From positions 63,860,001 to 63,924,000 of the forward strand of contig OX597818.1 of the NCBI GenBank assembly GCA_951406725.2: 64,000 bases of DNA. Reading direction: 5' to 3'. Position 1 is the first letter of the stretch, and every line of letters begins with the position of its first letter. A model generated the notes under the pieces. It saw only the letters and a list, made by a program, of their open reading frames with translations, ran no database searches and was not told the DNA's origin. Both the position numbers and the translations under genes were made by a program. This document shows, piece by piece, positions 26,646 to 36,766 of the stretch. Source of the DNA: Octopus vulgaris. Lineage: Eukaryota.

Positions 26646-27510
26646 AGAGAGTATTAGAGCGTAAGATTGGTCTGGACGTGCGTATGTATGGGGTTGGTGT
26701 ATGTATTAGTATGTATTAGTATGTATTAGTACGTATTGGTATGTATAGGTGTCTGTGTGTGTGTGTGAGAGAGTATATAAGTGCGTATGCGGGTCTGGAC
26801 ATGTGTATGTATAGGGTTGGTGTAAGTATTAGTATGTACTAGTATGTATTAGTACGTATTAGTATGTATTAGTTGGTGTGTGTATTAGTATGGCACATCA
26901 TATGTGATGTGATGTGTAAAGTCATGTGGTGTAGTGAGGAGAAGAGGGGGAGGGGAAGAAGAGGGGGAGGGGGAGAAGGAAAGGGAGAGAAGGGGAGGGG
27001 AAGAAGAGGGGGAGGAGAAGGGGGCGAGGAGAGGATGGGGGAGAAGGAAGGGGATGAGGGGGATGAAGGAGGAAAGAGGGAGAGGGGGAGAGAGAAGGGG
27101 AGAGAGGGAGTGAGGGAGCAGAGGGAAGGGGAAGAGGGAGGGAGAAAGAGGGAAGAAGGGAAGGGGAGTAGGGGTGAAAGGATGAAGGACTGAAGAAGTA
27201 GGGGTCGGGGGAGAAAGGATAGGTGAGGAGGGGGAGAGGGGGTTAGATGAGGAGGGGGGAGAGTTGAGACCAAATGGCGTATAAGAGCGAAGAGAGAAGA
27301 TTAATTCCTGTTCACGGCGCAAACGGGAATCCGGATGGCCTCTGTGTAAGGACAAACCGAACACAGATAGGTGTTGCAAGGAGTGACCGGTGGAGCGGAA
27401 ATGGCGTGAGACCGGTGTGTCGTTCGCAAGGTGGATGTCACGAAGGTGTTCCGCGAACCGGTCAGCCAAGCGGCGTCCCGTTTGTCCGATGTACAAGGAA
27501 TTGCAGAGGG
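26241..27510 (-). repeat. 3' pseudo-LTR copy (GIY-YIG end + 3' UTR)
   Basis: Near-identical to 30770-31985 apart from a ~54-bp net indel, mostly in the purine tract, and a few substitutions. Confidence 0.9.
26339..26376 (-). ncRNA. Variant minimal hammerhead motif in the 3' pLTR
   Basis: Minus strand TCTTT-CTGTTGAA-GAGC-GTAG-GCTC-GAAA-CGTT-AAAGA: 5-bp helix I, 4-bp helix II, palindromic AACGTT; core has A6U. Confidence 0.6.
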
Positions 27511-30148
27511 AGCAAGAGATGCAATAGATAATATTGCTGGAGGTGCAGGTGAAGGAGTGGATGATGGGATAGGGTCGATGGTGGGTGCTAGTGAGGCGGG
27601 TGGTGTTGGAGAGGTAAGGGCAAGTGCGGCAACGTGGGCGGGAGCAGGGGAACGAGCCGGGTTGGGAGGTAGGGTCAGGGAAGGAGCTATGGACCAAAAT
27701 GTCTCGAAGGTTGTGGGCTCGTTTGAAAGAGGGGAGGGGTCGGTTAGGGAAGAGGTGTGAAGTGGACGGGTTGGACTGGAGATGACGGAAAGCTCGAAGA
27801 ATGGTGCGTTGGAGACGTAGGGTCGTGGGGTGGTAAGTGAGGGGAAAATGGAGGCGGGAGACTACAGGGCGGGTTCGGGGAGAGAGAGCAGATACACGGT
27901 CCACGGACCGTGCTCTGGCAAGGGCGGTGTGGATAGTGGTGAGGGGGTATCCACGTAGGGTGAAGTGGTGAGCCATACGTTGAGACTGAGTCTCAAAGTC
28001 ATGGTCGTCACTACAGAGCCTACGTAGACGGAGGAATTGGGAATAGGGGATGGAAAGCTTGGTGTGTTCTGGGTGGGAGGAAGAGAAGTTGAGGTATGAG
28101 TGTGAGTCTGTGTGTTTGTAGTGAATGGAGGTGGTAAGAGTGGAGTGAAGAATGCTAACCGAAATGTCGAGGAAGGAGACAGAGGTGTTGGAGATAGTGG
28201 AAGTGAAGTGGAGGGCTGGATGGAAAGATTGGACGAAAGAGATGAAGGAATCTAGATGTTCGCGGGAGAGTGAGGTGGCACCGATAATGTCGTCAATATA
28301 ACGACCATATAGTTCAGGAGTGGGACCAGTGAAATTAGAGAATATTTGGGCCTCAACATAGCCAACGAACAGGTTCGCATAGTTGGGGCCCATTCGCGTT
28401 CCCATGGCCACTCCAGAGACCTGATGGTAGAACTCGCCCGCGAACGAGAAGCAGTTCAGAGTAAGGACAAGTTCGGCCAGACGAATGAGTGTGGAGGTGT
28501 CAGGTACAGGGTTAGAGCGGAGGTCAAGAAAGTGTCGAAGGGCCTGCAGTCCTTCGTGGTGAGGGATAACAGTATAGAGGCTTTGGATGTCCATAGTAAA
28601 AAGGATTTTGGAGGAGCCGGGAGGAAAGGAGAAAGAGTTGAAAAGCCGGAGAGCATGGTTGGTATCGTGGATGTGGGAGGGAAGAGATGCCACTAGGGGG
28701 GCAAGGACACGGTCGAGGTATTTAGAGATGAGCTCCGTGGGGCAGTTACAGGCGGAGACGATGGGGCGGCCAGGGTTGTTGGGTTTGTGGATTTTGGGGA
28801 GGAAGTAAATGGTGGGGGTACGTGGGGTTCGCACAATTAGGTTGGATGCGGTGCGGGGGAGACGGGAGGACGAGATGAGGTCTTGGACAGTAGAGGATAC
28901 CGTCTGTTGGTAGCTACGTGTGGGGTTAGAGGGCAGAGGGGAATAGAAGGAGGTGTCATTGAGTTGGCGGAAAGCCTCGGCCCTATAGAGGTCCGCGCGC
29001 CACACCACTACAGCTCCACCCTTGTCAGCCGGTTTGATGATAATGTCAGCGCGCCGTTGGAGGGAACGAAGAGCCAAGAGCTCAGCCGGGGAGATGTTGA
29101 GGCGGCGTTGGCGCCTGGAGAAGTTGAACCGCTCCAATGCACGCTGACAAGCGCCCGCGAAAAGATCCACTGCTAGGATCTGGCCAGGGGCAGGCTTCCA
29201 CGGGGATGGTCGGCGGCCCAGGCCAGTGAAGCAGTCGTCCTCTTCGTTGGGTGTGGGTGGCGAGTCGTGGTAATGCGCACCCAACCGGACACGGCGCACA
29301 AAGCTGTGGACATCAACTCGCGTCTGGAATTCCTTACAGGATGGAGTGAGGGGGATGAAACGCAGACCCCTACCAAGGACGGAGCGTTCAGCCGCAGAGA
29401 GGGGAAGATCGGGGGGAATGGTAACAACAGACGGAAGTGGAGAAGGGGTGGATGGAATAGAAGTAGGAGGGGTGGTAGGTCTCGTGGAGGTCTGAGGGGA
29501 GGGATTGGAGAGGTGTGTGGGGGGTGGTTGGGCGGGGCAGTAGGGTTAGGTGTAGGTGGATGGAGCCTAACGGGAGGGGAGAAGGGGTTGTAGGGAGGGG
29601 CAGTGGGGTTAGGTGTGGGTGGATGGAGCCTATCGGGAGGGGAGAAGGGTGGTGGAGGAGTTGGGGTAGTGGCGTCGGGTAGGGTGGAATGGAAGAGTGA
29701 TTGGAGTTTACGAAGTTTGGTATCAGAAAGAAATTGATGGAAGAGTTGATTCAAATGGATAATGAAGCGTAGCGTGTTTGGAGCATAGAGAGGCGGCAGA
29801 GAGGAGAAGAAGGTGGAGAAAGCAGGAGGAAGAAGGCGGTTGATGGCATGTAGTTTGGAGAGATTGGAGCGAATGGTAGCCCGCATAAGGCGGTAAGATG
29901 TGGTGCGGAGTATGGGTAAGATGGAAGAATCCGAGTGGAGAGCAGGGTGGAAGTGGAGGCGGAAACCTTTAGGGATGAGTCGGTGATGTAGGCAGCGGCT
30001 TAGGAAAGAGACATGGCTAGAGAAGCGGGTTTTTTAAAAGAAGTAGAGAGAGATTAACGGACGGCTGAAGGCAATATACAGGAAGCGAACGTAGATGATC
30101 CTTCAAACGGTGATGGAGGGTGAGGAGGTAGGACCTAGGATCCGGCAT
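26885..30148 (-). pseudogene. Penelope-like RT/GIY-YIG polyprotein (~1088 codons reconstructed; 2 frameshifts near 30030 and 29520; the last ~885 codons are one open frame)
   Basis: N-terminus FLSRCLHHRLIPKGF and VLGRGLRFIP; RT IKPADKG, YFLPKIHK..GRPIVS, DIQSLYT, GVAMGTRMGPNYANLF, RYIDD, FLD; linker CSRPRCRTC; endonuclease NIIYCISCSLCNSLYIGQTGRRLADRFAEH..HF..H..EQELI..PFGLN. Confidence 0.93.
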
Positions 30149-30769
30149 GATGGGATAGCGGGAAAAAAACGTTCGAAAAACCAAAAAAAACAAAAAACAA
30201 AAATTATCGTATGAAAAAAATAGAAAAAAAGGATAGCGAAAAAAGGGGAAAAAACAAACGTTCAAAAAAACAAAAAAATAATAATCGTATGAAAAAACTA
30301 GATAAATAAGCGATAGGGGCAGAAAAGACGGGGCAAACGGAAAAGGGAAAGAAAGAAGGGAAGCAGAGAGAGGGGAGGCAAAAAAGGGGGGTGCAGGCAG
30401 AGGAAACGGAGTATGGACATCCAGAGAGGGAAGAATGACGGAAAGGAGAACAAAAATTCAGGAAAATGTGGGAAGCATGAAATGAATGTAAAAAAAGTGG
30501 TAATATAAGAGGAAATAAAAATACAACAAACGGGACAGTTTATGCGAACAAGTTCAAGGTTGAAAGTTCAAGGTGAGAAATGTGTAGACGTCGTGGTATA
30601 TTTTTTAAGGATTTCACATCAATGCAAAGTCACTTTGATCCGCGAAAGAGAGGTGCAGCCAATGGTAAGTATCCAAGAGGTAAAGAAAATCCAAGGTAGA
30701 GGTAAGTGTTGATAGTGGTATTGGTAGAATATAGGATGAAAGTGAGACCACGTGAGCGCATAATATATA

Positions 30770-31138
30770 ACGGGAAGCTTTATGAAAATAAACAAAAGAC
30801 GAAGGCAGGTGGAAAACAAACGAACAATTGTATTAGTATGGCGCTCAGGAAATATAAATAAAACAAGTCTTTAACGTTTCGAGCCTACGCTCTTAAACAG
30901 AAAGATACACAGAGAGAGAAAAACACAGAAAGAAGGAGAGAAAAAAATGCGTGCAGTAGCTAACGAATCAACATGGCGATCTGATTTCGGCCAGAGGTCA
31001 AAGATCAAACATGAGACGCGAGAGCGAAATAAGGGGAGATAATAGGGTTGATAAAAGGGTTGAGGGACCAGCTAAAAGTGCGTGGGAGGGGTCTGGATGT
31101 GTGTATGTATAGGGTTGGTGTATGTATTAGTATGTATA

Positions 31139-31175
<37 letters not shown>

Positions 31176-31985
31176 AGAGAGTATTAGTGCGTAAGATTGG
31201 TCTGGACGTGCGTATGTATGGGGTTGGTGTATGTATTAGTATGTATTAGTATGTATTAGTACGTATTGGTATGTATAGGTGTCTGTGTGTGTGTGTGAGA
31301 GAGTATATAAGTGCGTATGCGGGTCTGGACGTGTGTATGTATAGGGTTGGTGTAAGTATTAGTATGTACTAGTATGTATTAGTACGTATTAGTATGTATT
31401 AGTTGGTGTGTGTATTAGTATGGCACATCATATGTGATGTGATGTGTAAAGTCATGTGGTGTAGTGAGGAGAAGAGGGGGAGGGGGAGGAGAAGGGGGGA
31501 GAGGAGAGGATGGGGAGAAGGAAGGGGATGAGGGGGATGAAGGAGAAAAGAGGGAGAGGGGGAGAGAGAAGGGGAGAGAGGGAGTGAGGGAGCAGAGGGA
31601 AGGGGAAGAGGGAGGGAGAAAGAGGGAAGAAGGGAAGGGGAGTAGGGGTGAAAGGAAGAAGGACTGAAGAAGTAGGGGTCGGGGGGAGAAAGGATAGGTG
31701 AGGAGGGGGGAGAGGGGGTTAGATGAGGAGGGGGAGAGTTGAGACCAAATGGCGTATAAGAGCGAAGAGAGAAGATTAATTCCTGTTCACGGCGCAAACG
31801 GGAATCCGGATGGCCTCTGTGTAAGGACAAACCGAACACAGATAGGTGTTGCAAGGAGTGACCGGTGGAGCGGAAATGGCGTGAGACCGGTGTGTCGTTC
31901 GCAAGATGGATGTCACGAAGGTGTTCCGCGAACCGGTCAGCCAAGCGGCGTCCCGTTTGTCCGATGTACAAGGAATTGCAGAGGG
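30770..31985 (-). repeat. Upstream 5'-truncated copy / 5' pseudo-LTR
   Basis: Encodes SLCNSLYIGQTG..PFGLN again (ORF 31399-32031); truncated at (TA)n at 31986. Confidence 0.9.
30868..30905 (-). ncRNA. Variant minimal hammerhead motif in the 5' pLTR (additional core mutation)
   Basis: Same as 26339-26376 but the core reads CTGTTTAA (G8U, position 30895). Confidence 0.5.
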
Positions 31986-32020
<35 letters not shown>

Positions 32021-32453
32021 TGTTTATACAAATATGTGTATTTGAGAGAGAAATTGTGTGCGTATGTGTGTATGTCTGTGTGTGCGCATGCACACGCGAA
32101 TATTGAAATTGACTATAGGTATAAAACCTGTAATTTGTTTTCTAAAGCTCGACTGCGGCTATCGGTTAACAAATGCTCTCATACAGCTTGTTCGCTATTT
32201 CACCGCCTATACATCCATAATTCCATGATATACGTAGAGGTGATACAAAAATATGAATCATAGAAAACTGAATGAACAATACCTTTTCTTACACGTGGTG
32301 TTTCGAAATATCGATTCAATACTAGAAGCATTGCTGAGGCATTATATAAATTATAACATATAAAATATTTGTAAGATCTTACCTACTATATATACATTCG
32401 AACTTATACTACTTTTAGTAATTTACAGTCAAAGAACAAAAGACAAAACTCAC

Positions 32454-32515
32454 CAGAAATGTTTCAACATAAATCGCGAATTTAATATTGCCTCTGAGGA
32501 ATTTTAGTAAAATGG
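32454..32515 (-). CDS. Candidate internal exon ILLKFLRGNIKFAIYVETFL, resembling a TRPA-type channel S4-S5 linker
   Basis: Acceptor ATATTTTTAG, donor CTG|GTGAGT, open frame; ungapped resemblance to the TRPA1-type motif LLLYLQRF..GIYVVMFL as recalled from memory. Neighbouring TRP exons not found. Confidence 0.4.
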
Positions 32516-33137
32516 CTAAAAATATAATCAAAACATTTAAGAATGTCTGGTACAATAAATAAAAATGAATAGATAAACAGTTAAAACTGATTATTTTAAC
32601 TCTTTGATGTCAACAAAGTTAATCTCGTTTAAGACAACCACAGCCTGTCGTTAACATATCGTCGCATCATGATACATTTACAACCACCTCAGGCTGTTTT
32701 TTTACTGTCTGAATTTATGACCCATGAGTGATATCAGAACTTTCTATCATTTATGTTGGGGTTTACCGTCGAAATAGCCAGGAAATTAGCACACGCATCT
32801 ATTCATGTATATATGCAGACTTATATACACACACATATATTAATTCGTTTATCCGTTTACACATTACTTCCGCGCATACGTCGACATACACACATAGACA
32901 CATCTGCGCCTATACGTACATACCTACTTACTATCTATTGATATCAATATAACCTCATCTACAATTAAAGACCAATGCAAGTTTAGCATGTAATGTGTTG
33001 TTGTGTTAAGCTATTAAATAAATCTAACAAAATAGTTCTTAACCCCCCAACACACACATACATACGATAATAACAAACTGATATATGTAACTGCTTTCAT
33101 ACACACAATCACACACAAATGTAAACATACATACACA

Positions 33138-33201
<64 letters not shown>

Positions 33202-33656
33202 GATATATATATATACATGCACACATACATAGATGCACAGCCCTATGTGTGTGTGTATATATACACATGTGTGTGTGTACGTAGAACCATATTTACACAT
33301 ATTCATATGGACACGAATGATTGAACGCCACAACCATACATAAAGACGTAATATCTATTACTCAATTTATTAAAACCAGCCTTGCATAATAATTAAGAGA
33401 ACATTTCTCTCAGGCTAAAAAGTAAAAGAATGTGTGTAGAGACAACATAATTTTTCAATTAGATATTTGTGCGCCCACAGGAATACAGATATAAATACAT
33501 GTGCAATCGTTAAGCAATTCTATTAACCGGTTTTTGGAAATCAATATGTATATGTGTTGTGTTAAACCTTTCGGAGACTACAAATAGTAATTATTAATAA
33601 ATGAAAGACAATGTAACAGGAATCTCTAATTAACTGCATTTGTTATAATTATTTCT

Positions 33657-34228
33657 AAGGCGGCGAGCTGTCAGAAACGTTAGCACGGCGGGCGAAATGC
33701 TTAGCGGTATTTCGTCTGCCGCTACGTTCTGAGTTCAAATTCCACCGAGGTCGACTTTGCCCTTCATCCTTTCGGGGTCGATTAAATAAGTACCAGTTAC
33801 GCACTGGGGTCGATGTAATCGAGTTAATCCGTTTGCCTCTCCTTATTTGTCCTCTCTGTGTTTAGACCCTTGTGGGTAGTAAAGAAATAGGTATCTCGTC
33901 TGCCGCTACGTTCTGAGTTCAAATTCCACCGAGGTCGACTTTGCCTTTCATACTTTCGGGATCGATTAAATAAGTACCAGTTACGCACTGGGGTCGATGT
34001 AATCGAGTTAATCCGTTTGTCCTCTCTGCGTTTAGCCCCTTGTGGGTAGTTAAGAAATAGGTATTTCGTCTGCTGCTGCGTACTGAGTTAAAATTCTACC
34101 GAGGTCGACTTTGCCTTTCATCCTTTCGGGGTCGATTAAATAACTAGCAATTGAATACTGGGGTTCATACAATCGATTCATCCCCTCCCCGAAAATTGCT
34201 GCCCCTGTGACAAAATTTGAAAGCGTTA
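33657..34228 (+). mobile_element. SINE family A with three tandem body units
   Basis: GGTAT(T/C)TCGTCTG..GAGTT(C/A)AAATTC..GTCGACTTTGCC repeated at ~33707, 33890 and 34060. Confidence 0.85.
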
Positions 34229-34824
34229 GTTTTAACTATTTCTGACATGCGTATTTGTGTGTGTATTCGGGGTTAAGCTGTCTGCTATTGAGGAGGAAGT
34301 CGTCCTATCAAAGGTATATTCTGCTTCTTCTTTAATTTGAAATTGGCTGAAAGTATAACAGGTTGTACGCTAAGTTTCATGATGACACTGCATGAGATAT
34401 GACTGTAATTGTAGCAAAGGAGTAAGTAATACATGCCTGACACCAATAGTCTCTATAGTTTCTGTCGAAAGCAGAATAAAATAACAAATGTATAGGTTGA
34501 TACAGAAACATAGCGAAAAGACAAGGAACAGAAACGTGGGTGCTGAATGTGAAAAGAACTTCTTCAATATTCAGCAATATTGCGCTAAACAGACAGAAAG
34601 GCAGATTGAGAAAGAGAGAGGGTGCAACACATGAACACATACACCCATACATATATTCATATACATATACATATAGCGGGGAAGTGCTGAAAAATTCCTG
34701 GTTTTTATGGTATCATGAAAGGCCTGGTGGAAGGCCTAGATTTCCGAGTTATCTTACGAGGCTTAGAAAACAATCTGAAGGTGGGCTGTTATATGTGTGT
34801 GAATCTGAGAGAAAATGTGGAATT

Positions 34825-34960
34825 GACCAACGACATGGTACCGGGTTCAGTCTCACTGCGTGGCACCTTGGGCAAGTGTCTTCTACTAAAGCCTCAGGCC
34901 GACCAAAGCCTTGTGAGTGGATTTGGTAGACGGAAACTGAAAGAAGCCCGTCGCATATAC

Positions 34961-34992
<32 letters not shown>

Positions 34993-35225
34993 GTATATGT
35001 GTGTGTGCGTGTATGTTTGTGTTTGTCCCCCTAGTATTGCTTGACAACCGATGCTGGCGTGTATATGTCCCCGACACTTAGCGGTTCGGCAAAAGAGACC
35101 GATATAATAAGTACTGGGCTTACAAAGAATAAGTCCCGGGGTCGAGTTGCTCGATTAAAGGCGGTGCTCCAGCATGGCCGCAGTCAAATGACTGAAACAA
35201 GTAAAAGAGTAAAAGAGTAAAAGAG
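34825..35225 (+). mobile_element. SINE family B
   Basis: Body and tail ending (AAAAGAGT)n. Confidence 0.85.
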
Positions 35226-35584
35226 ATCCTCCTGTATTTTCTTTTAAACAAAGCTATGAATTTTTCAGCAACCTCTCGTATATGACCACAGGAAATTTCG
35301 CCATGTAGCCTCACTTTGGAAAGTAGTTGTTCCTCCACTCCGGTCATAAGACCCCGGTATGTCTGTGACTTGAACATAGTTGCTTTAGATCTGGTGGCTT
35401 GGCTCTCTCTAGGACATCTCATCCATGCTGATTAACCACATAATTACACACATGCAAAAACAGAAACACATTGATACACTTCTTTCTCTGAGAGTGTGTG
35501 TGTGTGGGTTTTTGTTAGTGCTTGTATGCACTCATGCGGTCTTCTTTGTCTTGCAGATATATTAGAGAATTATTTTATTCTTTA

Positions 35585-35830
35585 ATTTGATTCAGTCATT
35601 TGACTGCGGGCATGCTGGAGCACCGCCTTCAGTTGAACAAATCGACCCCAGGACTTATTCTTTGTAAGCCTAGTACTTCTCTTTTGCCGAACCACGCTAT
35701 GTTACGGGGAAGTAAACACACCAGCATCGGTTGTCAAGCGAAATTAGGGGAAAACACACAGTCACACAAACACACACACACACACACACACGTATACACA
35801 CACACGCACACACACACACACACGCACATG

Positions 35831-35891
<61 letters not shown>

Positions 35892-36045
35892 GACGGGCTT
35901 CTTTCAATTTCCGTCTACCAAATCCACTCACAAGGCTTTGGTCAGTCCGTGTCTATAGCAGAAGACACTTGTCCATGGTGCCACGCAGTGGGACCGAACC
36001 CGGAACCATGTAGTTGGTAAGCAAGCTACTTACCACTCAGCCAGT
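35585..36045 (-). mobile_element. SINE family B
   Basis: Reverse complement of head, body and tail. Confidence 0.85.
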
Positions 36046-36454
36046 CTAATAAAAATACCATTTATACTCACATAAAAACAGCCACTTCAAGTAAACTGAG
36101 TATTATTAATGAATTGTACAATTATCTTTAGACACCTGCTACAGTCATTTCCCATACAATGAAATGTTACTTTATGAAGTATTGCAATATTATTTCTTTT
36201 GTATTGCTAACATGTTCATATTTGTTTCATTTTTTCTTTGTTTTGTTTTGCAAAAGATGTAAATTCATTTTGCTTAAAGATTTTCAGTTTTTATTATTAT
36301 TTGCAAATGGCTTATTATTTCATATTCAGATAGTCAACTCAGCACTATGTAAATCATAAATTTAAGTAGCATTCTGTGTAAGAAAGACAGTACTGTATTA
36401 CATTTTTCAGAAAGTATCCATTATAGACGAATGCATTGAAACAGAAGAGAGATA

Positions 36455-36689
36455 CAGTAAACCCTCGACTATCGCGGATAGTTACGTTCCGTAAAAGTCA
36501 ACAGAAATTATTAAAATCTAAGAAATTATAAATACTTATCGGCCGCAGAAACCCGGTTGTCCTAAGGATTCGCGATATAGATTTGCATACATTAGCTGGA
36601 CAACTTCACAATGTACTGGGTGTGCAATAGGTGAACCGCGATGTGCTGAGTGAGCGATAGATGAAACGTGATATGGCGAGGGGATACTC
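36455..36689. mobile_element. Tigger/pogo-like MITE remnant
   Basis: TA|CAGTAAACCCTCGACTATCGCGG left end; degenerate inverted copy CGTGATATGGCGAGGGGATACT at the right. Confidence 0.5.
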
Positions 36690-36766
36690 AATATCAATAA
36701 CAGACGAAAGTTACACAGCAAGCACGGAGAAATTGTTAGCAGTTCCATCACGGCTGCTATATATTT

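Larger units (their letters stand above)
26241..31985 (-). mobile_element. Neptune-clade Penelope-like retroelement, partial tandem, inserted in (TA)n
   Basis: RT + GIY-YIG ORF; the 3' ~1.2 kb is repeated directly upstream (pseudo-LTR); (TA)n flanks on both sides. Confidence 0.95.

Noticed and set aside
27274-29593. Plus-strand ORFs of 73-116 aa overlapping the Penelope ORF
   Set aside because: Antisense shadows of a C-rich coding strand.
33657-34228. Regularly spaced repeats suggestive of a CRISPR-like array (also 61387-61690)
   Set aside because: Whole units repeat with no unique spacers; they are tandem SINE/MITE segments in eukaryotic DNA.
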